A DNA stretch of 61,767 bases, the filler included, from Choristocarpus tenellus KU-1152 (taxonomy: Eukaryota; Protista; Phaeophyceae), in the NCBI GenBank assembly GCA_964200185.2. It is 14 parts of 14 records of this genome, joined end to end, with 100 filler letters (N's around TTAATTAATTAA, not from the genome) between each part and the next. Parts side by side here need not be neighbours in the genome. Positions count along the whole stretch, not along the records: positions 1 to 5,034 come from CAXNAD020012102.1; positions 5,135 to 7,875 come from CAXNAD020025153.1; positions 7,976 to 11,048 come from CAXNAD020022514.1; positions 11,149 to 15,281 come from CAXNAD020016052.1; 10 more parts are not named here. The stretch is one strand, 5' to 3'. Within the stretch, counting starts at the first letter, position 1; each line of letters begins with the position of its first letter. Below, one piece after another: positions 1 through 12,140 of this stretch. A program made the position numbers and the translations under genes. Below the pieces are notes generated by a model, which had not been told where the DNA came from, ran no database searches, and saw only the letters and a program-made list of their open reading frames with translations.

Positions 1-623
1 GGGCACTACTGCACCTCCTGTTAACAGTTCTCGCGAAGCATGGCATGGATTCATGTCTGGGAAGGGGGGGGGCATTGGGGGGTGCGAAATCGAGAAAGCG
101 TCTTGATGCACAGTTTTCCTACGTTCAAAAAGGAGCAGAAATTTTTCAACCGCCACCGAGTGGGGATATAATTTTATACAGTGATATGATTTTTTAAAAT
201 GTATCAAACTAAGACTAATTGATACAGAAGAGGTGTAATATTATGCAGAACTTAAGTCGAGAGTGCTGTGTCACAATCAATCACATTGGTATAATGTGGA
301 GAAGATCACGTCCCCCCATGAGTGCTGAAGCCAATATGCAAATGCTTTTGATGGGATACAACGTCCTGTAAGGTTAGGGAAATGGAGTACACCGTGAATG
401 GGAACATTTTAGTTGGCACGAGGGTCTGGGGGTGCTCCCTGTTTGGTTGTTACTAGTTACCTTGATCGTTGTGGTCGATCTGGTTTTGTACTTGCATATT
501 GCTTATCTGTGTGCTGCCAATATAAAAAAAAAATAGAATGAAAAAGAAAAGATTTAGAGGTTCGTGCTGTAGGTGTAGCAAGAGAAGCAACAATAGTGGT
601 GGTGATGATGATGACAAGGGTGG

Positions 624-714
624 TGATAATGATAATGATAATGATAATGATAATGATAATGATAATGATAATGATAATGATAATGATAATGATACTGATA
701 CTGATACTGATAAT
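624..714. repeat. (GATAAT)n/(GATACT)n hexanucleotide microsatellite
   Basis: About 11 GATAAT units followed by 3 GATACT units; explains the DNDND and SLSLS ORFs. Confidence 0.95.
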
Positions 715-873
715 GAAAATGCCTGTAACCTATGAGACCCTATCAATTTGATTTACTATTCTATTCTATGCATAATATTAGGTAGTATATACTATACTTC
801 ATAGTATAAAATAATAGAGCTCTTTGCAGTGTCCTGTTAATCATAATACATAGTAGACACTTGAAATGTTATC

Positions 874-877
<4 letters not shown>

Positions 878-904
<27 letters not shown>
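878..904. repeat. (TA)n microsatellite
   Basis: Direct reading of the sequence. Confidence 0.95.
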
Positions 905-906
<2 letters not shown>

Positions 907-1145
907 TATTGCGCATTTTAATATTTTTTCTGAGAAAAGGAGGCAGTGTATACGAAGGGGTCTCAGAGAAAGGGGTCATGGATAAGAAAAATAAATTGTT
1001 GTAGTTCTGTTTCTGTTTCTTTTAATTGAAAATCCCTGTTCTTCTCTCAGCCCTTAACGGTTCCCCTTGTTAACTTGTACCATGCCCTTTCTCCATCCAG
1101 GAGAAAGGTGCATTATCTAGCGCATGTCCTTCCTTCCTCCCTCAC

Positions 1146-3070
1146 CTGATCCTCTGCCTGCCGCTTGGCCTCCTCGTGCCCCTGCAACTTCTCGAGGAGT
1201 TGGTATTGCTTCTCCTTGCGTACTCGAAGCTGCTCCTGCAGCGACTCAAGCTCTACCTGTGTCTTCATCTTCAGCTCTGAGTTTTGGTGCTTCACCTGCT
1301 CCGATTCCGCTCGAAGGAGGCGTACCTGTGGGAAATAATAATACTATATTTGAGGAAAAAAAAACAAAACGTGTTGGTGGTGGACTCCGTACTCCCCGAG
1401 TAATGTGCATTGTAATGTCTGAAAACGGGGGCGTGCTATTTTGAAAAAAATGGGTGAATGTTTTCCCTCCTCCCTTTCCCCCCCCCCCCTCTCTGTTCTC
1501 CCAATATTCATGTGGTTTGTAAAGTTGGGGGTAGTCTGGCGAGCCAGAATATGTGATTTGTCTACACTTAACCCTAATATGCCCAAAATCGTCTGCGTCC
1601 ACTTGGTGGTATTAGGGACGAAATGAACAGCACGTGCGTGTGAGGAGTTCATCTCATCGAACAGTCGACCTTTCAAAGTCCCCTCTTGCTCTCCCAGTCT
1701 TCCCTGTCCATACTTGAGTTGTTGTTAGGGGGGGATCATGGGAACGTCGACCCCTCTCCTCTTGAACACTCCTGTCATGTGTGCTCCAATATCTTCTAAC
1801 GGTTCGGTCCCGAATTAGATCTAAAAAAAAACATCACGCCTCTTCCATTCCCGTGTTTCCTTTTCCCTCTTTTCAAACGCCTCTCTGTCTGCAAACCCAA
1901 TGCAAGGACGTGCCTCTTCTGCACGCAGTTGACCCTCCCTGGCTGCCCTCCCCGCCATCTCTTCATGGGTCTTGGCGGTGGTAAGTAGGCTGCCGTACTT
2001 GGAGCGTAATGCTTCCAGGTCCTTCAATGCTGCCTGCCAAATGTAACCGGGAAATTCAAGTATGATGCACAAAAAGGCAATGAGTGAGGATAAAACGATA
2101 GGACAATGCGTACAGATGCTCAGTGTTAATTACATACTTTGTTGGACGAGAGAGGCCCTCTGTATTTACGAGTGTTCCAATCTTGCTGCATTTACCTATT
2201 ACCACTATTGTGGCTATATACCCAGAGGATATATGGGAAAGGTTCAACATGATTGATGATAAGAAGTCCCATTCGTGTGGAATGTTTATGGTGCCATGGC
2301 CGTGTCACCTCATTGCTTGACTTGAGTTGGGCAGTCTGGGATTCCTCTTGCTCCAACAGACGGAGAAGCTCTGCATTCTGGTCGGTCATGATGCGCAGCT
2401 GTTTGTCACGGTCAGATGCCTCGGTTTGAACTCTCTTCAGAACAGCCTCGGCCGCGCGTGCTCTTCCTTGTGCCTCGAACACAGTCTCCCGCAGGGTACG
2501 GTTCTCTTCCTCTGCAGTGAGGCGATGCTGCTGGATGCATGTGGCTTCCTCCTCAACTCTTGTAAGTCGTTGAAGTACCAATAGGTGTGGAGGAAAACAG
2601 AGGTACCCGAGGTTGACATAAAATGAGAGCGATGTGCAGGACTAAACCGGATCGGTAAGAACGAATCTATGAAGTGACTGAGTTCGCGAATGGCCATGAA
2701 GAAGGATTCGCAGTGTTACGGTCTGGCTATTGTGTCTGGGTCCCACTCAATCAATACCTTTGATGATAGCGTACCTATCAAGGTTATGCAGAAGTTGATT
2801 ATTCTGCTCCTGCAGGATTCGTAGCTGTTCATCTTTCATTTTTAGCGCTTCGTTGGCTCGGGACTCTCGGGCAGCCCTGAGGTCAGCCACTGTTCTTGTG
2901 GCCGTCGACATGGCCACGCCCGATGCACTCTTGACTGGTGCTCCAACTCTAGCTACTTTTGTGGGTTGTGCGCTGGTTTTTCTCGAACCAGCTACGTGGG
3001 TGGCACCTAAATTATCCCCATTCGACTGAATTGCTTCGGTGGACATCTGCATGGTGCCATCCGAAGACAT
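1146..3070 (-). CDS. Multi-exon coiled-coil protein, 5' part (exons 3070-2775, 2558-2309, 2033-1914, 1325-1146; 3' end not found)
   Basis: Four exons splice in frame (MSSDG..LDR/VEEEA..SSNE/AALKD..RAEE/VRLLRAESEQ..AEDQ) with AG acceptors, GT donors and one GC donor; E/K/Q/L/R heptad-like composition. Confidence 0.8.
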
Positions 3071-5034
3071 TCGTATGCCCTTGGATGGTTAGGTCAACCT
3101 CGCCGTTCTGCCAGTCTGAAGCATGTTAATCGCAAGATCATATATGCCCGCCCAAAGCATGGATTTAGCTTTGGGTAATCATTGCTTCAGACTACCCTCA
3201 GGCATATCGGCAATAGAATTCTATGAGGGTGACAGAGTGGTCCAATGTGCTTGCTCTTAGGTTTTTATGATACATGGTGTTTGACGGTTTCAGTGTTTTT
3301 GTACTCTTGAGGGAGGCTTTCACAATAAAATACAACCTCTCATGCTCTATGTTCGATGAATGTATAGCCGCAATGCCCGGACCATCTGTCTAGTCCTCTG
3401 TTCCATTGGAAGTGCTCACTCTATCCATGTTGCGAGCTTTGTTTACCACCGTGTACCTAGGATCTCATTGATTTGGATCTAACTCGATTCTTGATTCTCA
3501 GCTTAGTTCCGAATTCACTCTTTCACTGTGGTGGTTTTGCGTTTGACAGTTTACTGCGCAGTTCAAGTGAGAGATCTAGTAAACTAGATCTTTGGATTGG
3601 GATTGGTGAAGCCTAAAATAGGTGTTGGTGCATGCCGATGACTCGGCCTAGTATTTCTTGAACTCCAACAACAAGGTTTCATCACCTTCAACTTACGGTT
3701 GAAGGAAAGACTCCTGAAAATGACAGCATTGAAGGTGGGACACCCCCGGTCACCACCGCCTACTGTCAGTGAACTCACCCTCAAAGGATTCCAGCACATC
3801 AGGAAGGAGACCAGCTGGAAGCATCGAAATCTGAGGCAGGCATGCGACAAGGGTATTGGTAAGTTTATTGGTTTCCCGTTTTAAGTCCTTCCCCGCCAAG
3901 CATGAAATTCCGAGTCATGACGTTAGCGGTTATATTTTGGACAAAGAGACGTCGACAGATTGCCCTTGGCCGTGTGGAAAGGTTGGTGTGCCAGCTATCT
4001 ATTTTTCCCAGCCCTCCCTGGCATTTGTACCTTGCACGGAGGCCAAGCTATAGAAAGATGGATCCTTGCCCTGTTGTCATCTAGTGTTGCCTTAGCTCCC
4101 GTTTTTGTTATCGATGACACTGACTAAACGGGAGTACAATTCCAGGTAGGCAATAAATGGGAAGGATGTAGTCTGTTGCTGGGTGACGTTTATGTATAGC
4201 CTACACTTTGTAGCTTCCATGTGAAGCCTACACTCTCCATCTACTCCTGATCGTTATTTTCAGCCGTCGTGACTCCCCTCCTCTGTTCCTTCTCTTTGCT
4301 CATCACCGACGTATCTAATCTCCTCTCTGTCCTGTAGCTGAAATTCAAAAAGAGGTGCACCCGAATGCCGGCTTCGGTAGGTACTACTACGTGTTCGAGC
4401 AGGCCCTGAACTGCTCCAGCGAGGATGTTGTCGAGGCTGCATTGGAGCATCTGCACCGGATCATAGGTTTGGTGACTATGAACCCTACGCACAGCTTTTC
4501 TTCCTTAAGGGGTTGAAGAAAAAGATCTGTCCGTACATGGGGCCACTGGAAGAGGACTCGCGCAAAAGCGGTGCATAGGATATAGAGATGTTTCGCCTTC
4601 TGCGTTTGGCCTTTCCAAGATGAACCCCTTGCTTGGTCTATGTTGTGGAGTACTTTGTTTGAGGTGTCCAGCATTGCACACCTTTTGGTGAGGCTCACTG
4701 ACACCCCCCCCACCCCATGTGTCGTTACCCTGTTGAATACTTCACCTGAACTCCTCTTACCATTGCTCACCTGTACAGTGGGCGGTCACATATCTAGAAA
4801 CACAGAAGTGACTCTCAGTGATGGGCACACAGAAGTTCTAGCAAATATCATTGTGGGTGCCATCAGCACGGCTACAGTGGGCGAGACAGTCCGAGGGGTG
4901 GGAAAGGCGTTGGTGGTTAGATGTCTACTCGATTGTGTGACCTCTCCTGAGATTGAGGTGCGGAGTTTGGAGGAGGGGGGAAGGGTTAGAAGAGAAGAAA
5001 AGCTTGATGGGTCATGGGGGAGGGGTAGGGGGGG

Positions 5035-5134
5035 NNNNNNNNNNNNNNNNNNNNNNNNNNNNNNNNNNNNNNNNNNNNTTAATTAATTAANNNNNNNNNN
5101 NNNNNNNNNNNNNNNNNNNNNNNNNNNNNNNNNN
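5035..5134. other. Artificial contig linker (N44-TTAATTAATTAA-N44); same linker starts at 7876, 11049, 15282, 18319, 21909, 25309, 33712, 37007, 44878, 47859, 54494, 58644
   Basis: Thirteen identical 100-bp spacers whose core places stop codons in all six frames. Confidence 0.97.
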
Positions 5135-5339
5135 ACCTGAAGAACCTCTCCACAATTACTCTGGACAGGCCCCCTTCCTCTTTAAGACTAACAGGAGTGT
5201 TGGCTCTCATTCCAGGCAACGTGTAGTCACAGTGCCCTTGTACATAGTGCTTCGCCCGCCCCCAGACCATCTCTATCGGGTTCAATACACAGTGGTCCTT
5301 TGGAAGCATTAAGCAGTGTCCTCGAAGACGCTCAACCAA
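5135..5339 (-). pseudogene. IS630-Tc1-mariner-like transposase C-terminal fragment
   Basis: GHCLMLPKDHCVLNPIEMVWGRAKHYVQGHCDYT matches the LPxxHxELNPIExxWxxxK motif around the last catalytic residue. Confidence 0.7.
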
Positions 5340-5409
5340 AATCGTGTCCTGTGAGTGGCTTAAACAGTATTAAGCCAAGGTTAGCCCACGTACTGTTGTG
5401 GCGGTGGTC

Positions 5410-5713
5410 AATCTTGATTTTTTCTTAAGGGTTGCCCAACGAGTTAATCGACGATCAGCATATCAAATGAAAGTTTTGGGCCTAAGCTATCACTGATGGA
5501 AAGGACTTTTATCGGGAAAATTTGTTTGGTCGTGATAATTCATTCCGGAACATTTCCATGGTTGTACCGAAAACATTTGGTTAAAGTTGAACCTTACTAA
5601 AAACATTTCCGAAAAAAATCCTTTGCCCCAGTAACAGCTTAGATCCAGAGCTTTCATTTGATATGCTCATTGTTGTTTAAGTCGTTGGGTAACCCTTTAA
5701 AAAAATCAAGATT
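5410..5713. mobile_element. Fold-back MITE with imperfect inverted arms of about 120 bp
   Basis: AATCTTGATTTTTT..AAGGGTTGCCCAACGA..GCATATCAAATGAAAG recurs in reverse complement ending at 5713. Confidence 0.8.
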
Positions 5714-5779
5714 AGTCTTATCCTAGAGGCGACTACCAATACTATAGATCTGCAAAAGAACTACAGGATACAATTAGTC

Positions 5780-6370
5780 AGTGGCAGTTGACCTGATCAG
5801 AAAATAATACATTTGTCCTTTTGGAAGGTTTGGATCAAAAGTTACAATATATATATATATATCTGACTTGGTCCACAAAAAAAGGGTCCCCAGTTGCGAT
5901 AGCCCCAGTTATAACTACGATCAAAATATATCCTTGTTTCATTTGGGAGTGTCCGTCCCAAAGGAAACAAGGATACAATCAGAGTCAGAGTCAGTTTGTA
6001 TCTGGCCTAATCCGGGTATACGCGTGTTCCTTTGGAGGTCTGGTTCAAAAGTCCCAAAGCATACATCTCTGACTTGGCCTATAATAAGAGGTCCCCTCGT
6101 TCCGATCTTCCCAATCACTACTCTGATCAATCTGCATCCTTGTTTCTCCTGGGAGTGTCCCTCCGAAAGTCTCATGATACAATCACACTCAGCTTGCATC
6201 TGCCCTAATCAGAGTGCACACGTTTCCTTCTGAGGGTCTGGTTAAAATGTTACAAGGCATACATTTCTGACTTGGTCTACAATATAAGAGTTACTAGTTC
6301 CAACCTTCTTGTTTAATACTTGAACTTCCAAGTGTACATATGTTACCCTTGTGTTTCCAGTCCATGGGTT
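5780..6370 (-). repeat. Degenerate tandem repeat of about 200 bp (3 units), apparently a decayed coding repeat
   Basis: TCTGACTTGG anchor at about 5862, 6067 and 6266; TCCTTGTTTC..GGGAGTGTCC and GATACAATCA repeat with similar spacing. Confidence 0.7.
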
Positions 6371-7189
6371 ACAATGTTCAATTTTATGTCGGTCTTGTAT
6401 GTGCTGTCAACAAATAGACTCACGACTCCTATACCATTCATGACCAAGAAGATGCCTGATGATGGCCTATACTATGCCCCCCCAGCACAGAGCACACTCA
6501 ATGCTGCCACTCCGTAAAGCGGGCAATTGATATTTTAAAAGCGAATATATATATAAAGAAAAATAGAAACAAATATATAAAGGAAAAATAGGAAAAAAAA
6601 TAACAAGGTTGTGACTGATAATGCCAAAAAGAATGGGAAGGTTTATGAAGTAATCTGAGTTTTGTGGGTAGAAGAATTATGGTAGGAATGTGGTACAGGG
6701 AAGGGAGAGGATAGGAAAGAAATAAAAGTAGCAGGAGGGTGAACGAAGAATTAAGCACTGAGTGGCGAGGAGAGGTAGGAGAGAACTTAAAGAAACGAGT
6801 GGTAGATGGGGGCACAACGTAAGAAGGAATGGCCAGTATTGAAAAGAAAACCTAGGGCTGGTGGTACAGGATGAGGAGGGCTACAACAAGACAACCTTAA
6901 AGCAAGCTTTTCTGCCCACCCACCCTATTGCTCGCTCACTACCGATTGGGATGCTGGGGAGAGGGAGGGGAGGTCAAGTTCAGGCAAGGTAGATATCTTC
7001 TAGCTCTATTGCACGGTATGAAGTGATGATGATGATAATGATGAAGGGGTGTCCTTCGATTATTATGGGGTGGTGTTGAGTAGTGTGGGGTTGAGTGGGG
7101 TTGAATGGTGTGGTGGAGTGGTGAGTGGTGTGGAGTTTAGGGGAATAGCAACTGGTGTAGGGTTGAGTGGGGTTGAAGGGTTGGGTGGA

Positions 7190-7465
7190 GACTGGAAATC
7201 TGTGGCAAAGGGGTCGCACTGGTTGGTCATCGGATGTGGGGGGTGACAGGAAACCAGTGGTGAAGAGGGTTCGTACTGGTTGGTCTTCAGATGTAGGGGG
7301 TGACTGAAAATCAACGGCAAAGGGGGTTCGCCCTGGTTGGTCATCAGAGGTGGGCGTTGGCTGGAAATCAGTGGCGAAAGGGGTTTGCAGAAGATGATCG
7401 CAATGGGGGGGATAGGGTTAGGGTTTAGGGAAATCATTGGCGAAGAGGTCGCACTGATTGGTCAC
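7190..7465. repeat. Minisatellite of about 55 bp (5 degenerate units) after a GT-rich low-complexity tract
   Basis: GGAAATC..TGGC(A/G)AAG.GG(T)TCG.ACTGGTTGGTC recurs about every 55 bp. Confidence 0.75.
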
Positions 7466-7636
7466 AAAAGGTGATATAAGGGAGAGGAAGGGGGGAATGG
7501 GTGGAATGCAAATATGGAATAAAACAAATAATCCAGAATTCGTGAACAAAACAAAACACAGTATAGGAAAATCACTTTGGAATACGGAGTTTTTTGTTCT
7601 AAACACAAGCCACAGTACAGTATTACATTACATAAA

Positions 7637-7875
7637 GAGTGAAAGTGTCTTAGAGGGTACGAGTTTTGCCCTGTTTGTCCATTTGGCGCTTGGATTCCCA
7701 TTTTCTTTATGACATTTTCCTACATTAAAATGTTGAGGAGTAGGTAAAATTGTATATGTTATGAAGAGGTGTGTCCAGAACAAGGATATTGACACTTCCT
7801 AACAAACAAGATGGCCAAAATTACACTAAATTCGTAACATTGGATTTCGGCCCCCAAATGGACGCGACCCTACCC
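7637..7875 (+). mobile_element. Family B MITE (Sola-like), truncated by linker
   Basis: Starts GAGTGAAAGTGTCTTAGAGGGTAC; body matches the full copies at 16783 and 49247. Confidence 0.9.
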
Positions 7876-7975
7876 NNNNNNNNNNNNNNNNNNNNNNNNN
7901 NNNNNNNNNNNNNNNNNNNTTAATTAATTAANNNNNNNNNNNNNNNNNNNNNNNNNNNNNNNNNNNNNNNNNNNN

Positions 7976-8015
7976 CAAATGGACAGCCGCCACCCCCCCT
8001 CAGATACTTTGTGTC
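7976..8015 (+). mobile_element. Family A MITE right end
   Basis: CAAATGGACAGCCGCCACCCCCCCTCAGATACTTTG terminus. Confidence 0.85.
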
Positions 8016-8134
8016 TTTACCGTTTTGTTTCTTTGGTTTACAGACGCTGGAACACATCTGAGAACCGTTGCGACCTTCCCAAGTTATAGATTTTATTCTG
8101 CAACTTTTTAGCAAATTGGAGTTTCCCCTTTTGG
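8016..8134 (+). repeat. Dispersed repeat, second copy at about 56448-56566
   Basis: TTTACCGTT..TTCTTTGGTTTACAGAC..ATCTGAGAACC..TTTATTCTGCAACTTTTTAGCAAAT shared between two contigs. Confidence 0.85.
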
Positions 8135-9099
8135 GGTTCCTCATGTTGAAACCTGAATCGAATGCATCGTACCTGTAAGCAAAATGCGTAGACTACGAGC
8201 AATGAGGAATCATCGTGTTGCAAAGCATCGATGAGTAATACATTTTGCGAAGTCTATGTTATGGATAGATATGATTGTGCTGCAAAGCACCGATGTGTTT
8301 CTTCTGTTGTAACTGAGGTCATTGATCTCTCAGTCAAGAATGATGCGATGTGAATTCAGCGTTCTTTCATGAGATACTCAACGAAAGAAGTCCATGCTCT
8401 GTGGAGAGGCTTGTTACTTGGCTGGGAAGGGTTTCCGCGGATGGTTTTAACTCTGGTTATATTACATCCAGATGTGTAGCTGGTACACGCATTGTAGAGG
8501 GAGTTTGGTGCATTGTGAGGGATCAATGGCAGTCACGAAAGAAAAAATAATCAACAATCAACGTACAACTGTCATCTGCTGCTGATAAGAAGAAAGAGTG
8601 AAAGAAAAACAAACAACAGAACAAGAGAACAAACTTGAAACAATATGTGATGCAACTNNNNNNNNNNTACTATACTATACTATTCGGGTGGAACGCAGAG
8701 CGACTGTTCTGTACTAAGGTGTTCTGATTATTTATTATTATGCCCTCTGACATTTTGCAGATGTGTCGGGGGAAACCAATGAATTGTAATTGATGTGGTG
8801 ATGATGAACGAGTGAAGGTAACGTCCAAAACGTAACAGACCAATCAACAGTCAGTGTTGACTAGTGGAACTGTATCGTATCAAGGAACAAACAGATGTCT
8901 ACCCTATGTTTTAACACCTCATGCGTTTACACTGCTCACACCGGTTTCACCCCATCCTCTTTGAGGAGGAGGAAATTGGAGCGATCGCTGCAGGAATAGA
9001 GTGGTATATATGTGGCGGGTGTGTTCTGTTTTGAGATCCTGCTTGAGCACCTTAAGGAACCCTTGATTTGAGCTTCTGCTGTTGTTGTGGTTTGCCTTG

Positions 9100-9270
9100 T
9101 GGTCCGTCCCCTGACAGCTATGGTCTCAAACTTTTCAAGATCGTCTTGCAGGCACATCCACCAGTTCTTCTCCTGCCACTCCTTGCTTCCGTTTCCATTT
9201 GCAAGCTCTCCAAACGCCAGCCAGCACCTTAAGAAGTCGTTCATTTCCCATGCATGCAGCTGACCATGTG
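9100..9270 (-). pseudogene. RTE-like LINE ORF C-terminal relic
   Basis: FGELANGNGSKEWQEKNWWMCLQDDL resembles the FGEL..G....G..K.W..CL..DL tail of RTE-clade reverse transcriptases. Confidence 0.5.
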
Positions 9271-9502
9271 AATGGGAGTCTCCGTTGTGGCACCGTCAAC
9301 TCCACACTCTTCACACATCAACATACAACATGATTTAAACCTTCCTAAAATGGAAGGTAATAGAAAAAACAATACAGTATTTATTTGACAAAAAGCAAAG
9401 ATACAGAAATGTAATATTTTGTAAGGTTTGAGGTAAGTGGCGTCAATAATATAATATTTTATTACAGAGGAATAGGGGAAGTATTTCTTTCCGCAGTCTA
9501 AC

Positions 9503-9747
9503 TGTTAAAATGTCGCCCAAATCATCCAAAAGAATAAAGGTGATAAACCCAGCCAGACTGCTCGATATCTGTAGAGTGATCAATTAAAGCTAAGTAGGGC
9601 ATGCAGCACCCCATAAAATCAGAAATGTTCTCATATGGCCAATCACTAGTAAAAGGTTCTGATAACTTAATCACTAATGGTTGTTCTCTTATTCCATATA
9701 CATTTTACCGTAACTGTCCGATAGAGTTGGAAGAGTCTAGTCGAACA
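9503..9747 (-). mobile_element. Putative 3' LTR of the adjacent Copia element
   Basis: On the minus strand a short purine tract (TAGGGAGTG, 9756-9748) is followed by TGTT and a matching AACA 245 bp later; the distal boundary is tentative. Confidence 0.55.
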
Positions 9748-9865
9748 CACTCCCTAGCTCAAACAACTCTTGAGAACTGACAAGAAAACGACCAGGTATT
9801 AAACTCACTGAAAAAAAAAATCCAAACAAACGCAAAGAAATTAAAATTCAGCAAGAAACAAACCA

Positions 9866-11048
9866 CTAAACATAGTCTAAATTCAACAAAGTCCTTGCAT
9901 GCCTCCAAAAAGATACTTCTGCTAAAGGCTTGGTCAACACATCTGCATGCTGCTCATCTGAGGTAACATGAACAATCCTTATATGTCTATTGGCTACCAA
10001 GTGCCTTAGGAAATGATGTCGCACATCTATGTGCTTGGTCCTCCCAGAACTCAAAGGATTGTTAGCCAAATGGATAGCTCCTGAGTTATCCTCATACACT
10101 ACATGACACGACCCAGTCCTATCAGGTTGCAAGAACTCCAACACACCTCGCAAAAGCAACACCTCCTTCACATAGTCCCCTATGGCTATGTGCTCTGCCT
10201 CTGCAGTCGACTGTGCTATGGCACGTTGGGTCCTGGAAAGCCAAGCAACTGCTGCTCCCCCATACATCACTACCCCCCCGATAAATAACGTCTGTCAATG
10301 GACTCATTGGCAAAATTAGCATCAGCGTAGGTCATCAAGTCCAATCCTGTGCCTTTCTGGTAGGTTAGGTCCAACTCTCGCGTTCCTTTGAGATACTTGA
10401 GGATCTGGGTCACAGTTCTCCAATGTACTTGGCTTGGAGCATGTGAATGACGGGCAACAGCTCGTACTGCATTAGCCACATCTGGCCTTGTCGTGTTGCT
10501 GACCCACATCAACCNNNNNNNNNNGAAGGGGCAATCCTTTGAGATCTTGTCCCCCTCCCTATTTCCAAGCTTTCTGGACGGGGCTGCAGGGATGGGAGTG
10601 GTTGATTGGATGGAAAAACGTTCACACAAATTAAGAATGTAGTTATTCTGAGTAATGGAGAGGGTGCCACGCTTCCAATCTCTTGTATAAGTGCAAACAG
10701 AAAACTGAGACAATAGGCCAAGGTTTTTGGTGGAGAACTCTTCATTCAGGGAAGCACAAAGATCATTACAATCACCAGACGCCAAAACCATCATATTATC
10801 TACATGAACGGCAAGCATCATCTTAATGGCACCATCCCTCCTGAGTCTAAATATACATGGGTGAATCAGACACTGCTCAAAACCGTTGCGCTTAAGGGTG
10901 GAAACCAGCTTGGTATTCCAAGTCCTAGAGGCTTGCTTTAAACCATACAGGGACCTGTGAAGGCGTACGGTCGTACAAGAAAGATATCCACATCCCTGTC
11001 GGAGGCGCATGTACACCTCCTCATCCAAGTCAGATTGAACAAATGCCT
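9866..11048 (-). mobile_element. Ty1/Copia reverse transcriptase and RNase H (frameshifted near 10270, cut by linker)
   Basis: SLYGLKQASRTWN, VHVDNM (YVDD decayed), TRPDVA, YADANFA, STAEAE, YEDNSGAI, RTKHIDVRHHF, QHADVLTK. Confidence 0.95.
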
Positions 11049-11148
11049 NNNNNNNNNNNNNNNNNNNNNNNNNNNNNNNNNNNNNNNNNNNNTTAATTAA
11101 TTAANNNNNNNNNNNNNNNNNNNNNNNNNNNNNNNNNNNNNNNNNNNN

Positions 11149-11323
11149 GTGTGGGGGGGGTGGGGGGGGTTTTGGGGGGGGCGTCCGTTTCGGTCAAACA
11201 ACTCAAAATTTTTGCTGACATTTCAAATCCGACACGTGCGACCAAATTGCACCAGAAAAGTCAAAATCGAAAAAAGCGAGAAAAACGGACGCCGACACCC
11301 CCCCCCCACAGATACTTTGACCC
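11149..11323 (+). mobile_element. Family A MITE, divergent subfamily
   Basis: Poly-G, CGTCCGTTT core, AAACGGACG, poly-C, AGATACTTTGACCC terminus. Confidence 0.8.
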
Positions 11324-11923
11324 AATCAACCCACTCTCAATAAGATAAAAAAAATTATACAGTGTATACTGCAGGAGTCCTTGCAGTGGTGGACCGACCT
11401 AGTGTGGGTACGGATTCGTTAAGGTGGTGGGGTGTATGTTGCAAAAGAAATATTTTCATCAATGGCATAGCCAGGCCTTCATTCTCAGTCCCTAACTTGC
11501 ACTCGTCCTACAACCTCCTCTGCCTCCTCTATTTCAACATCTTACAAACAATCTTGACATCTCGAAAAATATGAAACTTTTGTGCTCATTCAAAGGTTAG
11601 AGTTTTGGACGAACTAGGGTGAGCAGCGGAATACAGAAAGATGTAAGCGATGGAAGAGCTACATAGTACTGTAATTCCACGTGACGTCAAGGGTTCAGGG
11701 GTGTTTGCAAGAAGTGCAACTGTATCTAGCAGATCGTGTTTTAGATCAAAATTAGGAGGTCATGCAAGAGGGGTTAGAGTGGGAAGGGTTTTGTGTGTGT
11801 CTCTATACCAATCCCATGTTGGGACAGTATCCTGCGTGTAGCTCCGATTCTTGACACAATGCCCGTGGAATGCTAGCACTCATCCTGATTGTAACAATAC
11901 GCCTTTGTATCTAGTGTCACATG

Positions 11924-12140
11924 GAGTCAAAGCACTTAAGAGGGCAGGGTCGCGTCCATTCCAGGTCATAAATCCAATGTTGCGATTTCGATTCATTTTG
12001 GCTATGGTGTTTGTTAGCAAATGCCAACATCCTTGCTCGAGACACACCTTTCATAGTCGTGTACATTTTAGGTAACTGTGCTCACAGAGAAAACCGAAAA
12101 AGAGAATAAAAAAAAGTGGGAAGTCAAGTCACGAACGGAC
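11924..12140 (-). mobile_element. Old, diverged family B MITE
   Basis: GAGTCAAAGCACTTAAGAGGG then AATCCAATGTTGCGATTT..TTTTGGCTAT..GACACACCTTTCATA as in family B; far end unclear. Confidence 0.7.

Noticed and set aside
453-746. ORFs with SLSLS and DNDND runs
   Set aside because: Translation of a microsatellite.
4241-5034. ORFs of 83-148 aa
   Set aside because: No recognisable motifs; frame broken and cut by a linker.
5079-5090. TTAATTAATTAA repeated 13 times as a biological motif or CRISPR-like repeat
   Set aside because: Always centred in a fixed 100-bp N spacer; a six-frame stop linker added during assembly.
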